From: Saccharolobus islandicus REY15A
Lineage (GTDB): Archaea > Thermoproteota > Thermoprotei_A > Sulfolobales > Sulfolobaceae
NCBI RefSeq assembly: GCF_000189555.1
Contig: NC_017276.1
Length of the DNA: 64,000 nt
Direction: 5' to 3' (one strand)
Under the pieces are notes generated by a model. That model ran no database searches and was not told where the DNA came from. It was given only the letters and a program-made list of their open reading frames with translations. The number at the start of each line of letters is the position of its first letter. The first letter of the stretch is position 1. This document shows positions 12,067 to 24,171 of this stretch, piece after piece. The position numbers and the translations under genes are program-made.

Positions 12067-13950
12067 ATGTTTATAAAGAACCCGGAGCCAAATAGTGAAA
12101 CTATATATGATTACATAAATAGAGTAATAGTCGCAGTAATTAACGCAATTCTATCATACAAAATCTTTATTTCGTTTTTGCCTAGCGATTATATATATTT
12201 TGCCATAGCAATTATCTCGGTAATTTCGTTTTTCTTTCATAAACCTCTTTCTATAATACTTTTATCAATATATATTATAGACACTGCTGCGATTTATAAA
12301 GTACTATATAATGTCGCACTATATCCTCTGATTCAAAGCTACTCAATTAAATATCTAATAGAAATACTGCTGATGTTAATTTTTATATTTATAATACCTC
12401 TATTTTCCATTTTAAGATATAGTTCTGTAGGAGGTATAATAGTATCTAGTTCAATACTTTTATCAATCTACAATCCCTTCTTTTTATTGTTTTTACCTTT
12501 TGGAATTGCTGAAAAAAATAGTAAAATCATAGTAAATATTTTATCTGCATTACCTTTACTAATAATACCTATTACTCTACATTATACCCTAATATTGTAT
12601 AGTTATTTACCCTTGGTATCTATTATATTAGTTCTGGTTACTGGTATATTGTTTAGTATAAGAGAGTTATTTAGCTTAACTGGATTTTTACCACTTTCTA
12701 TCTTTCTTTATCTAAATAATCAGAGTTTAGAAGTAATAACCTTAGTTTCAGTATTAACTTTGATTTTAAATATAATTCCTTCTATATTATCAATGATTAA
12801 AGCTAATTTCTACGTTAAAAAAGAAGTAGTTGAGATGAGAAATAGAATCGATGAAAATATAGACGACCTTAAAGGAATATTAGAAAAGATAAAATTACTC
12901 GCAAAGGATACTAATGATATAGAGCTAACTCCTTTGATTCAGAAGTATAATAAGTTCTTTGCTGACATTTCAAATAACTTGGAAAATATATCTGATATAA
13001 AGACTTTGCAAAATATTGAGCTAGAATTAAACGCCAAAAGATTAGAGCTAGAAAGAAGTATTAACGATTATCTATTTGATCAAATATCACGATATAACGA
13101 AATTGTAGATGAAATTAAAAATTATGGTATTGTGTTAGATAAAATAGAACAGTTATCTGAGCCTATAAAAATTAATGATGAGGGAGTTATTAGGATAAAT
13201 AAATTAATGATGAGAATGAATGAAAATGTGAACTTGTTATATAAATATATTGAAAGTATAAGTAGTTCATTGGAACTGTTGTTAGGCAAGAACTACGAGA
13301 ACGAAATAATTGATGTAAGACTTAATATAGAAATGTCAATTAAGTATCTAAAGATACTACTTAGTAAAGAAAATTTAGAAAGTTGCAAGACATGTACAGA
13401 ACTGATGCTAAGGTTTTTACAATTATCTAATTCTCTTAATTTACATATGAATCAAGAATTATTGAAGAACATAATAAAGCTCAATGACGAGAAACTTGCT
13501 GTCTTCATAATAAAAAGTAGAGAAATCTTAGAGCAAGGTTTAAAGACAGCTTCTAGTGTGTTAGCTAAAGTTAAAGAGGATTACGAACACATCAAGAACG
13601 AGATACCTTCATTAAGTAGATATAAAGAATTCGAGCTTATTAACTTGCTTGAAAAAGAAATAAATGACTCCACTAAGCCGATATGTAAGAGAATAGAAAC
13701 GTTATCTTCTTCGCTTCAAGTAATTCAAGATTTGTCCAGTATAATAACTCATAAGAATGAAATTGCTGATGTTATTAACTTGATTAATGATAATTATGAT
13801 CTCATCTTGCAAAAAGTGATAGAGGAAGGATGCATAAAACTTAGTGAGTTGGGAATAGCATTAGATTATGGTAAGTTCATAGATCTTGTACTACAAGAAA
13901 AGGGTACAAATTTAAGAGTTGTTAATGATTCAATCTGTTACATGAGATAG
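12067..13950 (+). CDS. Uncharacterised polytopic membrane protein with long coiled-coil C-terminus
   Basis: About 250 hydrophobic N-terminal residues, then a charged heptad-rich region. ATG 12067 preferred because TATATAT lies ~27-34 nt upstream. Confidence 0.8.
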   Translation: MFIKNPEPNSETIYDYINRVIVAVINAILSYKIFISFLPSDYIYFAIAIISVISFFFHKPLSIILLSIYIIDTAAIYKVLYNVALYPLIQSYSIKYLIEILLMLIFIFIIPLFSILRYSSVGGIIVSSSILLSIYNPFFLLFLPFGIAEKNSKIIVNILSALPLLIIPITLHYTLILYSYLPLVSIILVLVTGILFSIRELFSLTGFLPLSIFLYLNNQSLEVITLVSVLTLILNIIPSILSMIKANFYVKKEVVEMRNRIDENIDDLKGILEKIKLLAKDTNDIELTPLIQKYNKFFADISNNLENISDIKTLQNIELELNAKRLELERSINDYLFDQISRYNEIVDEIKNYGIVLDKIEQLSEPIKINDEGVIRINKLMMRMNENVNLLYKYIESISSSLELLLGKNYENEIIDVRLNIEMSIKYLKILLSKENLESCKTCTELMLRFLQLSNSLNLHMNQELLKNIIKLNDEKLAVFIIKSREILEQGLKTASSVLAKVKEDYEHIKNEIPSLSRYKEFELINLLEKEINDSTKPICKRIETLSSSLQVIQDLSSIITHKNEIADVINLINDNYDLILQKVIEEGCIKLSELGIALDYGKFIDLVLQEKGTNLRVVNDSICYMR

Positions 13951-13954
13951 TTTC

Positions 13955-14173
13955 CTATCTTAGTCTTTTTATAGTAATCTCAGCATAGTCGTCAACTACA
14001 TCCGCTTTAAAAAGGTACCTAGGAGCATTTCTCAGAAGTTGATGAGTACATAGAACTCTATCTTTATCTGTTAGTACTAATATGCTATCACCTACCTTCA
14101 TAGCTACCAAATATTTTGAAATTTCTAGAATAAATTCTTCGCATGGTTTTCCCCTAAGATCTAATTTCTCCAT
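13955..14173 (-). CDS. TusA/SirA-like sulfur carrier
   Basis: LDLRGKPC N-terminal motif, 72 aa. Confidence 0.75.
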   Translation of the reverse strand: MEKLDLRGKPCEEFILEISKYLVAMKVGDSILVLTDKDRVLCTHQLLRNAPRYLFKADVVDDYAEITIKRLR

Positions 14174-14237
14174 AAAAGGAGTTATTTTAACAGAGATTAA
14201 AAAGTTTAAAACGTTTTTAGCTTTAATGGTTAGGTTT

Positions 14238-15032
14238 TTAAATTTGTAAATACCTTACTTGTTCCCTATTTTTAGCCTTCAGTTCCGTTTGTTCTTTTTG
14301 AACCTTATTAAATATATCATCGTAGTTCCCTAACATGAAGTTATATGCCTCTAATACCCTTCTCATTAAAGTGGAATCAGAAAGTGGATAAATCCTTAGA
14401 CCAACTCTTCCTACTGCACCGCCTCTTACCATTAGCCAATGAGCGAAAACTTCTACTGGATATTTCTGCATGACTACTTCTTTACTTATTTTTGTCTCAT
14501 ACAACCAAAATATCTCCCTAATGAAGTTAGACGATATATTTCTTAGCATTCTAGGTTTCCATTCCTCTAGGTACTTCTCTCCTTCTTTTATCATTATGTT
14601 TCTTAAATAATTATAATATTCTTCTCTTTCCTTCTCATCTAAAAGGGATAATCCAGTTACTGCCATCACGAAATCCTTTTGCGCTAGGAACGAATCAAAG
14701 TCCCTATTAATATACAACCAAGCTGTAGCAGCGAAAGAGTCAACTATACCAAGCATTAATTTTTCAACTAACTTATCCTTATCTATTTGCCTAGTTACTT
14801 TTTCTCCACTTAAAATCCTTTCGAACTCCTCAAAATCTACAATACCCGCATACACTAATTTCCCATCTATAAAAATGGACGGTGTTGAAATGACGCCCCT
14901 TTCAAAAGCTAAAAATGGATATAATTCAGTATCAATAATTTTTACTTTCCCCAATAGTCCCTTATTCTCTAAATATTCAAGAAGCATATTACATTCTACA
15001 CAGTTTTTGTGAGTAAAAATCTGTACTTCCAT
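14238..15032 (-). CDS. Glutaredoxin/thioredoxin-fold protein with C-terminal helical domain
   Basis: FTHKNCVEC and STPSIFIDG (cis-Pro); start ATG 15032. Confidence 0.8.
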   Translation of the reverse strand: MEVQIFTHKNCVECNMLLEYLENKGLLGKVKIIDTELYPFLAFERGVISTPSIFIDGKLVYAGIVDFEEFERILSGEKVTRQIDKDKLVEKLMLGIVDSFAATAWLYINRDFDSFLAQKDFVMAVTGLSLLDEKEREEYYNYLRNIMIKEGEKYLEEWKPRMLRNISSNFIREIFWLYETKISKEVVMQKYPVEVFAHWLMVRGGAVGRVGLRIYPLSDSTLMRRVLEAYNFMLGNYDDIFNKVQKEQTELKAKNREQVRYLQI

Positions 15033-15039
15033 TTCTATT

Positions 15040-16692
15040 TCACAGTTTAATTTTCCTTGCATTCAAGCAATTAAGTTCTTTCTTCCACCATAGACTGTCA
15101 TATCTTTTATCGAGAAGCCATACAATTGCGCTATCCATTGGACCTCTGATGGCCCTACCTATGGATTGTTTTACTGCAATTAATGCTTGTATGCCTATTA
15201 GTTCGCTACTGATATCTTTTTTCAGTCTTTTTGATATCTCCTCAATACGTATCTTTAAGTAATCGTCTATTGGAGGATAAGGGATACCTACCATTGCCAC
15301 ATCTGATATCAAACTACTTCCGTTTTCAACTATTTCAATTCCTTCAGCTAACTTACCCCTTGCTATACCCATTATAATTGTTTTTTCTTTTTTCAGATTA
15401 CTCATTATCTCTTCGATATTAGTTTCTGCATCCTCTGCCAAATATCTTACATTTAGAAATTTAGATACAATTCGCATAAACTCGTAGCTAGGAAATATAG
15501 CTAGAACATGCTTTCTGGAATTATAGAAAATTTTTAATAAATATGATGCGTATTTACGTGCCATCTGCTCTGACCTTAAACTATAAGTAGTTGTAACATC
15601 TATAGATATAAGACACTCATATGTCCCAGTTAATCTATTTTTCATAACCTTTTCAGCATCAACATATAATATTTTTCTAGTAATTCCTATAATATTTCTA
15701 AGATAATCCAAGGGTTGCATAGTACCTGACATTAACATATAGGTAATTTTTTCATCGTTTAGTATATCAGTAAAATAGGAGGGTATTATATATTTTACAA
15801 CCAAGGAATTTGAATATGAAAAAACTCTAACTCTTTCATCATTAACTAAATCAAAAAACCTCAAAATCGAACCAAGATAATTCCTACTTACTGTCTTATT
15901 TTTTATCATATTCTTTCTAACTTCTTCATATTCCTCAGCTAGAGTCTCAATTTCCTCATTAGGAGGAATGATGCTGGCTAATTTCTCCTTTTCAATAAGT
16001 ATATATTTATCCTCTGAATAAATTATTTGTTCTATGTTTTCCTTGAGCCTTTCCAATATTAATCTCACATTCTGTGATTTAGTTTGAGAAATTGCCATCT
16101 CTATGATTCTTTTGTTTAACTTTTTCTCCTCTATATTAGAAATATTCTCTATATTATGAGCCTCATCTATCACGACAACATAGTCCTCCCAATTAATATC
16201 TAAGGATTCTCTAAGCCAAGGTATAAACAGATAAGGATAAGTGAGTAGTACCACATCAGCGCTTTTTATACTCTCCAATAGCGAGTAGTATGGGCAAAAC
16301 CCTAATTTTTTACCCTCCTCCTTTAGTCTATTCAGACTTACCTTTGGCGGATCAGTTATAGTAATTGTGGATGCATTGAAAATTTCACATCCATTACAAT
16401 ATATATCTTGGGGATCAACGTCAGAAGAACTAAAAACACATGCAGAAGATTTACCGACTAAAAATCCATATTTTTTATCTTTAAAATGTAGTGATAGTTC
16501 TCTATAGACTGGGAAAAACTCATTATGGGTTCTGACAATAAATACCACTTTCGGCTTAACCTTGAAAGAAGCGTAGAGTGCAAATAGAGTCTTACCGCTA
16601 CCAGTAGGTGCTTGTAATGAGACTAAAAAATTATTTCTTAATGCTTCAACAATTTTTTCAGCTATTTTGCTTTGCCACTCTCTAAGTTCCAC
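15040..16692 (-). CDS. xpd: XPD/Rad3 Fe-S DNA helicase
   Basis: Q motif, APTGSGKT, four Fe-S Cys, IDEAH, QSIGRAIR. Confidence 0.93.
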   Translation of the reverse strand: MELREWQSKIAEKIVEALRNNFLVSLQAPTGSGKTLFALYASFKVKPKVVFIVRTHNEFFPVYRELSLHFKDKKYGFLVGKSSACVFSSSDVDPQDIYCNGCEIFNASTITITDPPKVSLNRLKEEGKKLGFCPYYSLLESIKSADVVLLTYPYLFIPWLRESLDINWEDYVVVIDEAHNIENISNIEEKKLNKRIIEMAISQTKSQNVRLILERLKENIEQIIYSEDKYILIEKEKLASIIPPNEEIETLAEEYEEVRKNMIKNKTVSRNYLGSILRFFDLVNDERVRVFSYSNSLVVKYIIPSYFTDILNDEKITYMLMSGTMQPLDYLRNIIGITRKILYVDAEKVMKNRLTGTYECLISIDVTTTYSLRSEQMARKYASYLLKIFYNSRKHVLAIFPSYEFMRIVSKFLNVRYLAEDAETNIEEIMSNLKKEKTIIMGIARGKLAEGIEIVENGSSLISDVAMVGIPYPPIDDYLKIRIEEISKRLKKDISSELIGIQALIAVKQSIGRAIRGPMDSAIVWLLDKRYDSLWWKKELNCLNARKIKL

Positions 16693-16693
16693 A

Positions 16694-16987
16694 TTAGATT
16701 AATTGTGGAGTGTTTACTATAACTTCTTCTAGCATAATGTACTTTACAAAAGACTTATCCAGTAAGGATACAATGGCCTTTGCTTTTCCTCTAACTTTTA
16801 CAACGTTCATTATATTAAATACTCTTTCTATCTTTAATGACTCTTTTTGAATCTCATTTATCACATCACTTGATGGTGGTAAAGAGGTTATGATTATGGC
16901 TCTAATTTCGGTAGCAGGTGAATTTTGAACTATCTCAAATATTCTGTAATCAAGTTTTGCTTTAAGATCTTCACTTATTTCTAACAT
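16694..16987 (-). CDS. Hypothetical protein, subtilase propeptide (I9)-like pattern
   Basis: 97 aa, GAGG SD; pattern KIERVFNIMNVVKVRG..KAIVSLL..FVKYIMLEEVI. Confidence 0.55.
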   Translation of the reverse strand: MLEISEDLKAKLDYRIFEIVQNSPATEIRAIIITSLPPSSDVINEIQKESLKIERVFNIMNVVKVRGKAKAIVSLLDKSFVKYIMLEEVIVNTPQLI

Positions 16988-17204
16988 CTTTGATTTCCTC
17001 TACTCTACTTAATTTGCTTCCAATCTTATAAATTGTTTGTTCATAATCTTTTAAGCAGTTTTTATTATCCTATGACTACTATGTTTAAATCTTACAATTT
17101 GATTAACAAGATTAAATAACCGCTAAGGAAAATTTTTAGTATTAGTTGCTAAAAAATCACCCATTAAGGTCAATGTTACTGTATTAAGAGTATTTTACTT
17201 ATAA

Positions 17205-17558
17205 ATGGTTTACTTTAATTTTCCATTAGCTCATATTAAAGACGTGGAAAATATAAGGATAAGTAAGACTAGCTTTAAAACAGGTGAAAAGAGAAAAATA
17301 ACACTACAAAATGGACAAGAATTAGTTATTTTTTATCTAGGAGCAGATAGATTTTTCGTTTTTGATAATAGATGTCCCCATTTGGGATGCGATCTTTCAA
17401 AATACGGCGTCATCATAAAAGAGGAATTAGTATGCCAGTGTCATTTTTCTCATTTTTCTATATATAGTGGAGAACCTAAGAAAGGCGCAGCCAAAAAGCC
17501 TATAAAATTATACAAAGTTCAAGTAACTGAAGACGAAGTTATTATATTGTTAATATAA
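17205..17558 (+). CDS. Soluble Rieske [2Fe-2S] ferredoxin
   Basis: CPH...CQCH Rieske ligands; no TM anchor. Confidence 0.9.
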   Translation: MVYFNFPLAHIKDVENIRISKTSFKTGEKRKITLQNGQELVIFYLGADRFFVFDNRCPHLGCDLSKYGVIIKEELVCQCHFSHFSIYSGEPKKGAAKKPIKLYKVQVTEDEVIILLI

Positions 17559-18181
17559 TCAAAAATCTGGATTACTTTTTTATAGTAAAGTTGACCTTGT
17601 GCTAAAGGTTCTATTGCGTACGAATAGACGAGTTTTGAGCCTAGTAGACCAACTGCGATCCTCTCTAAAGGATTATTACTCATCGGAATTACAGTTACGT
17701 TTTCATATTCAAGAAGAGGTAATATTACCTCCTTATATCCTTTTAGACCAAGAACTGCAATCTTAACACTAAACGCTTTCTCATAAAACTTACTAACAAT
17801 CTCCTTTACCTTTTCTGAAGTTGGAAGATAGTTAAAATAGTGGATAGAAACTATCGCATTATCGTATGGTACATTATGTTTTTGGAGAAATGAAACCTCG
17901 ACATCATATAGAAATTGTTTGTCGTAAAGTTCCTTTAAAAGACTTATCTTTAATTCGTCCGCTAATTCGTTTATTCCCCCCTCTGCCTTATCTCTTAACG
18001 TTATTATTAATTTATTTTTGTATTTATCTAAAAATTCAAAATAATCAGATATTACACTAACCTCTCGATCTTTTAGATAATCAAGCCTTAGCTCTATTAG
18101 ATCTGCATCTAAAAAATTACCTATAAGTTTTAAGTCTTCTATCTTTTTTATTGGCAGTGAGGCTACTATTAAAGGTCTCAT
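17519..18181 (-). CDS. aroD: Type I 3-dehydroquinate dehydratase
   Basis: [26 protein letters not shown]. Confidence 0.9.
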   Translation of the reverse strand: MRPLIVASLPIKKIEDLKLIGNFLDADLIELRLDYLKDREVSVISDYFEFLDKYKNKLIITLRDKAEGGINELADELKISLLKELYDKQFLYDVEVSFLQKHNVPYDNAIVSIHYFNYLPTSEKVKEIVSKFYEKAFSVKIAVLGLKGYKEVILPLLEYENVTVIPMSNNPLERIAVGLLGSKLVYSYAIEPLAQGQLYYKKVIQIFDYINNIITSSSVT

Positions 18182-19422
18182 TCAATAGAAATCTTCGCAT
18201 TTAGTGATAATAAGTCTTGCCAGTAATTAGGATTACTCTTACTTACACATTCAGCAGATGTAATTACCCCACCATTCACTAAAGCTAAAGCTGAAGACAT
18301 CATAGCTACTCTGTGATCATTTAAACAGTCCGTAATCGGAGAGCTTAACATCCTTTTGTTAATTCCAAATATCAAAATGGAATTAGACTTCACTTCACTT
18401 CCTACACCATATAATCCTAAAACTTTCCTTATGCTTTCGATTCTATCACTTTCCTTAATCCTCAATCGTTCAATTCCTGTAATTTCACTTGTTCCCTCTG
18501 CTATTGCAGCTAATCCTGCAATTGTCATAGCCAAGTCAGGTGCATCATCTATATTTACTTTTATGGAAGAATATTTGTCTTTAGCCTCCACGTACCATTT
18601 ACCGTCTAAATATTCACTAGTAGCACCCATCTCCTTAAGTATTTTAACAATGCTATGATCACCGAAATACTCCTTTGGTTCCCATAAATTAACTATTGTA
18701 GTTCTACCACCGCTAAGTAATGCAGAAAGTGCATAAAATGAAGCTAAGCCATAATCTCCAGCTACTTCTCCTTGAAATTCGACTAAATTATTGGGATTAA
18801 TATGAATCTTATTACCATAAAACTTAACATTAGAACCGAATCTATTAAATAAATCTACTGTAAGCAGAATATAACTTTTAGACGAAATTGGGGGCAGTAT
18901 TTCAATACTACCACCATTTAGGATATGAAGAGCATATATTAAGCCAGAAATGTATTGGCTACTCTCGTCGCCAGAAATTTTTATATTATAGCTACTTAAC
19001 TTTCCAGTGATGGTTAAAGGCAAGCTAGAGGAAGAAAAAGATATGCCATAATTACTCAATGCTTCTACGATTCTTTTTAAAGGTCTTCTCCTTAAACTCT
19101 CTTCAGCATCAATTGTCACTTCTCCACCTATTGCAGCTACTATTGGAATAAGCATCCTAAGAGTAGTCCCTGAACCTTTCAATTTTATAAACTTCTTCTT
19201 GATTTCTAATTTCTCTGGAGGTATGAATTCGGAATTATTCTTCACCTCAACTCCTAATGCCCTTACTGAATTTATAGCGTCTATAACATCTTCCGATAGA
19301 ACTAGATTGTGAAGATGTATTCTAGTAAAAAGTGAAAGAAAAATTAGTCTAATTGCTAAACTTTTTGATTGAGGAGCTTTTATTGTCCCACTAATCTCTG
19401 ATGGATAAATCCTTACAATCAA
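18178..19422 (-). CDS. aroA: EPSP synthase
   Basis: [27 protein letters not shown]. Confidence 0.95.
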   Translation of the reverse strand: MIVRIYPSEISGTIKAPQSKSLAIRLIFLSLFTRIHLHNLVLSEDVIDAINSVRALGVEVKNNSEFIPPEKLEIKKKFIKLKGSGTTLRMLIPIVAAIGGEVTIDAEESLRRRPLKRIVEALSNYGISFSSSSLPLTITGKLSSYNIKISGDESSQYISGLIYALHILNGGSIEILPPISSKSYILLTVDLFNRFGSNVKFYGNKIHINPNNLVEFQGEVAGDYGLASFYALSALLSGGRTTIVNLWEPKEYFGDHSIVKILKEMGATSEYLDGKWYVEAKDKYSSIKVNIDDAPDLAMTIAGLAAIAEGTSEITGIERLRIKESDRIESIRKVLGLYGVGSEVKSNSILIFGINKRMLSSPITDCLNDHRVAMMSSALALVNGGVITSAECVSKSNPNYWQDLLSLNAKISIE

Positions 19423-20197
19423 GGCTTACAGGCCTAGCTATAATAACATCTCCAAATCTCTTAAGGCTTTCGTATATTGGACCTTCTTCTCCATACCTAG
19501 ATACTGCAAAATACGACGGGCCATTTCCGCTAATCCCAGCAGCTAACGCTCCATTCTTTAATGCTATTTCGATTGGATCTAAAGGGTAACCTAAAATATT
19601 TGCAATTAATATTCCATTAATCTTCATAGCAGTCAAAGAATCCTTAAGTGCTATCCTAAAAATCTCCTCAAAGACGTGATTGTATTTTCTTAACTCGTTT
19701 AAATTGACCGATTTTTGCCTTCCTCCCCTAGCCAATATGAGAACAGATAAATCATCCTCGGAGTTATCCAACTTTACTATTCTAAACATCTTATTATAGG
19801 TGAATGCTATTCCCCCACAATATGATGCAGTTGCATCATCAAGCGCTCCAGTGTATGATACTCCAGCTTTCAACGAAAGTATTGCAGATAACACTGGAGG
19901 GTTAATATTTCTTAGATTATATCGCTTTGCAATCTCAGCTATTAAAGCTACAGAAACTGCACTACTGCTTTTTAATCCACTCTTCTGTGGAAGTTCAGAT
20001 TCAATGTCAACTACAATATCTGGTATTGAGTACTTTTCTTTAAAGTAATCAATAATGACCCTAATTAGATCACTCTCTTTAGAATAATCTCTTTTACCTT
20101 CTTTAATCTCTACTTTAACCTTTAAATTGACTGCCATGGATGAGCCATACCAAGATGGTAACGCGTTTATAATTGAGACTCCTCCATAGGTTTGCAT
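19391..20197 (-). CDS. aroK: Archaeal (GHMP) shikimate kinase
   Basis: [25 protein letters not shown]; start ATG 20197. Confidence 0.92.
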   Translation of the reverse strand: MQTYGGVSIINALPSWYGSSMAVNLKVKVEIKEGKRDYSKESDLIRVIIDYFKEKYSIPDIVVDIESELPQKSGLKSSSAVSVALIAEIAKRYNLRNINPPVLSAILSLKAGVSYTGALDDATASYCGGIAFTYNKMFRIVKLDNSEDDLSVLILARGGRQKSVNLNELRKYNHVFEEIFRIALKDSLTAMKINGILIANILGYPLDPIEIALKNGALAAGISGNGPSYFAVSRYGEEGPIYESLKRFGDVIIARPVSLDCKDLSIRD

Positions 20198-21342
20198 GAT
20201 CTCACATACCTCTCCCAACGCTGTTGTACAATATTACCTTGCTCTTCTGTAAGTTTAACTAGTGGAATAACTCCTGCACGCATAGCATGGTCTACTAAGG
20301 TTAGTGCTACCATTGACTCTACAACAGTAACTCCTCTAATTGCTACTGCTGGGTCATGTCTACCAATTACCGAAATGTAAGTTTCCTCTAAGTTCCTTAA
20401 ATCTATAGTTTTTTGAGGCTTTCTAATCGAGCTAGTAGGTTTAAATGCACATCTCACTATAAGATCTTCGCCATTAGTTAAACCACCTAAAATTCCTCCG
20501 GCGTAATTATATTTCCAGCCGATTTTATTATCCTTTCTTATAATCTCATCATTGGCCTCACTCCCTTTCATTTTACTTACCATAAAACCTAAACCGTATT
20601 CGAAACCCGTTACAGCAGGGATTGACATTATTGCTTTAGCTAATTCAGCCTTCATCTTATCAAACACTGGTTCTCCTAACCCTATTGGTGGATTTTTAGT
20701 TATCACTTCAGCAATTCCACCATAACTATCTCCCTCCTGAGTAGCTTTCTTTATTAACGCTTCATATTTTTCCTCAAGAACCTTTTTACTAGCTCTCACT
20801 GGGCTATATTTTGAGCATAAAACCTCCTCGAATGTTACCTCTTCATTTAACTCTTCTGGTCCTAAACTCCTAAGATGTCCTGCTATCCAAGTATCTGCCA
20901 ACATAAGCAACTTCTTAGCCACTGCACCTGCTATCACTCTACCTACCGTTTCTCTAGCGCTTGCTCTTCCACCTCCCCTATAATCCCAATTTTCATATCC
21001 ATATTTCATTATAAACGGAAGATCAGCATGCCCAGGTCTTGGCTTATACCTAATCTCCTCATAAAAACTTGATATTACATCAGTATTTCGTACTATAACT
21101 GCTATTGGAGATCCAGTAGTTCTATTATTAAAGATTCCACTTAATATCTCTGGTTCATCTTTTTCTCTTCTTCCAGAAACATATAATCTTCCAGGTCTCC
21201 TAAATTCTAATTCAAACTTTATATCTTCGACAGTTAATGGTAAACCAGCGGGAACTCCATCTATTACTACACCCACTGCAGGGCCATGACTCTCTCCAAA
21301 CGTGGTTACTCTAAATAGTTTACCAAACGAGTTTCCTGGCAT
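20167..21342 (-). CDS. aroC: Chorismate synthase
   Basis: [29 protein letters not shown]. Confidence 0.97.
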
Positions 21343-22129
21343 AAAGATACTCTATAATCTTTTCATCTGATACACTCTTATTAAACCATATCTTCTCTGC
21401 TTCTACAGCCTGATTCACTAATATTTCTAGACCGTCTATATATTTTATACCATATTTTTTAGCATTTTTAATTAACTCAGTCTCAACTGGCTTATAGACA
21501 AATTCTATAACTAGCTCGGATTTTTGAATACAATTCTCGGGGACCACAGAAGGATTAGGAGTACTGTTAACAACGACAATATTGCTAGTACTATTACAAT
21601 TCTCCTTAATTGACGCATTATAACCGTTCTTATTTAGTAATTCAACTAACTCATTAGCCCTTAAATTGGTTCTATTTACAATACTAATGCTAGAGCATCC
21701 TAATTCAGATAACGCAAAAGCAGCAGCTTTTGCTGCGCCTCCAGCACCATATACGTAACATTCATAGCCAGACATATTTCCAATTTTCTTTCTGACAAGA
21801 TTTTTTATTGCCAAATAATCAGTGTTATAACCACTCTTTTTGTATATTGTATTTACAGCTTGAATTCTTGTGGAGTATGTATCAGTATTATCTAAATATT
21901 TCATTACTTCTTCCTTGTACGGTATCGTAACGTTAAGCCCTTCTGCAATTTCCAATAAACCATTAATTATACGATTAAATTTCATTTCATCGAGATCAAA
22001 AACTAGGTAAACCGCATTTATTCCTAGTGTTGTAAATGAGAAATTATGAATATAAGGAGATAACGTGTATTTTATGTTTTTACCTATTAGTCCAAATAAC
22101 TTAGTATCATAATTTATTTCTTCAAGCAT
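21320..22129 (-). CDS. aroE: Shikimate dehydrogenase
   Basis: SP.IHN, NVTIPYK, AVNT, NTD, GAGGAA. Confidence 0.95.
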
Positions 22130-23178
22130 TGTTCAGCAAACCCCTTTATAGTATCTAGAGGGACTTCGACTTTTTTCCAGCTACCTATTCTCGTGGGAAA
22201 GGGCATCAAAATTGCATCTTTCCTATGTTTTTTATCCATATTAATTGCATTTAACGCAAGTCTAATATCTATTGGAGCATCTATTTGAGATATATCATAA
22301 GGCAATCCATAAAGTTGTAATAACCATAAGACGTCTTCTACTACTCCTTCCTCCGCATAACCTAACTCCTCAGCAATTTTAGCCTCACAAACCATTCCTA
22401 CAGAAATAGCGTAACCATGAGGAACATTAAAAGAGGAACCAGCTTCTATAGCATGACCTATAGTATGACCGAAATTTAGAACTATTCGTATTCCTTTGGT
22501 TTCTCTCTCATCTTCTTTCACAATGCCGAGTTTATCTAATGTAGATCTAAAGATTACCTCTTCCAATACTTGCTTATCTTTATTTATTACCCTATCCTTA
22601 TTTAAAGATAAATAGTCATACAATTCTTTATCTAGAGTCAAGCCATATTTGATTACTTCAGCTAATCCCTTCTTTAATTCTTCTATTGGCAAAGTTTCCA
22701 AAAATTCTAAATCAGAAATTATCATACTAGGTTGATAGAATGTTCCAATTAAGTTCTTTATATTATTAAAATTTACTCCATTCTTACCTCCTATTGCGGC
22801 ATCAACCATGCCCAAAAAGGTAGTTGGTACGTTTACTAAGTTCAATCCCCTTAAATATATCGACGCTATGAAGCCTGCTACATCAGTTACTGTTCCCCCA
22901 CCAACAGCAATAACATAATCCCCTCTATCGAAATTTCTTTCAAATAACTTCTCTACTATAGAGATTACATTAGATAATTCTTTAGCACTTTCCCCATCAT
23001 TGATAGGAATGAAGTATACATTTGGTAAATACTTATTAATTTTGTCCGTTACATCGACTCTCCTTGAATAAATAACTACAGTGTTACTATCTTTAATTTC
23101 AGATAATTTTGAAAGTGAACCTTCACCCACTATTACCCTTATTTTAGAGCAACAGATGTCTTCTAAGGATTCTCTCAT
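22114..23178 (-). CDS. aroB: 3-dehydroquinate synthase
   Basis: [28 protein letters not shown]. Confidence 0.96.
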
Positions 23179-24170
23179 GCATCTCTACCTAAGGCTCTAG
23201 CTAATGCTCTAATCCTATCCATTAAGACTTCGAATGATTCTGGTGTTAGTTGTTGCTCTGAATCACTTAATGCCTTTTCTGGATGTGGATGAACTTCAAC
23301 TAATAACATATCAGCACCTGCAGCAACTGCAGCCAGTGCTAAAGAATGTACTAGTTCTCTTTTTCCTGCAGGATGGCTTGGATCAGCACAAATGGGTAAA
23401 TGCGTCATTAGCTTAGCAGCTACCATTCCACCTATGTCTAGTGTGAACCTAGTCGACTTTTCAAAGGTTCTTATTCCTCTTTCGCATAACACCGTATTAC
23501 CATTTCCCTCTAGTAAAATATATTCTGCAGCCTGAAGCCATTCCTCTACTGTATTTCCCATACCTCTCTTAAGTAGTACTGGTTTTCCTAACTTACCAAC
23601 TTCCTTTAATAGGGAGAAATTCTGTGCATTCCTAGCTCCAATCTGTATCATATCAACGTATTGAGTAAATATAGTAGAATCTCTAGTATCCATTATTTCT
23701 GTGACAATAGGTAAACCCACTTCGTCTCCTACTCTCCTTAAGATTTTTACCCCTTCTTCTCCTATACCTTGGAAGGAGTATGGACTTGTCCTAGGTTTGT
23801 AAGCACCTCCTCTAAGTAGTGATGCGCCAGCTCTTTTGACAGCTTTGGCAGTAGTAAGAACTTGCTCTTCGCTTTCTACTGCACAAGGACCTGCGGCTAC
23901 TATTACCTTTTTACTACCAATTTCTACATCTTTCACATTTACTACTGTCGGTTGCTTTTTCCAATCATTACTAGCTAAGACATAACTTTTCTTAACTTCC
24001 ACAGCTATTTCTATACTACTATCAATGATACCTTTAGTGTTTTGATCTGGCCATGCTAATACCAAGTTCTTACCATATAGGTTTAGTACTTTAAAAGAGG
24101 CTGAGTTTTCATTTAGCTTTTCTACTAGTGTGGAGTAATCACTTTTATCTTTAAGGACGTATAAGATCAT
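23175..24170 (-). CDS. aroF: DAHP synthase (type I-beta)
   Basis: [29 protein letters not shown]; N-terminal regulatory domain. Confidence 0.95.
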   Translation of the reverse strand: MILYVLKDKSDYSTLVEKLNENSASFKVLNLYGKNLVLAWPDQNTKGIIDSSIEIAVEVKKSYVLASNDWKKQPTVVNVKDVEIGSKKVIVAAGPCAVESEEQVLTTAKAVKRAGASLLRGGAYKPRTSPYSFQGIGEEGVKILRRVGDEVGLPIVTEIMDTRDSTIFTQYVDMIQIGARNAQNFSLLKEVGKLGKPVLLKRGMGNTVEEWLQAAEYILLEGNGNTVLCERGIRTFEKSTRFTLDIGGMVAAKLMTHLPICADPSHPAGKRELVHSLALAAVAAGADMLLVEVHPHPEKALSDSEQQLTPESFEVLMDRIRALARALGRDA

Positions 24171-24171
24171 T

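Noticed and set aside
16988-17075. Open minus-strand frame overlapping the 16987 start
   Set aside because: About 32 codons with no start codon.
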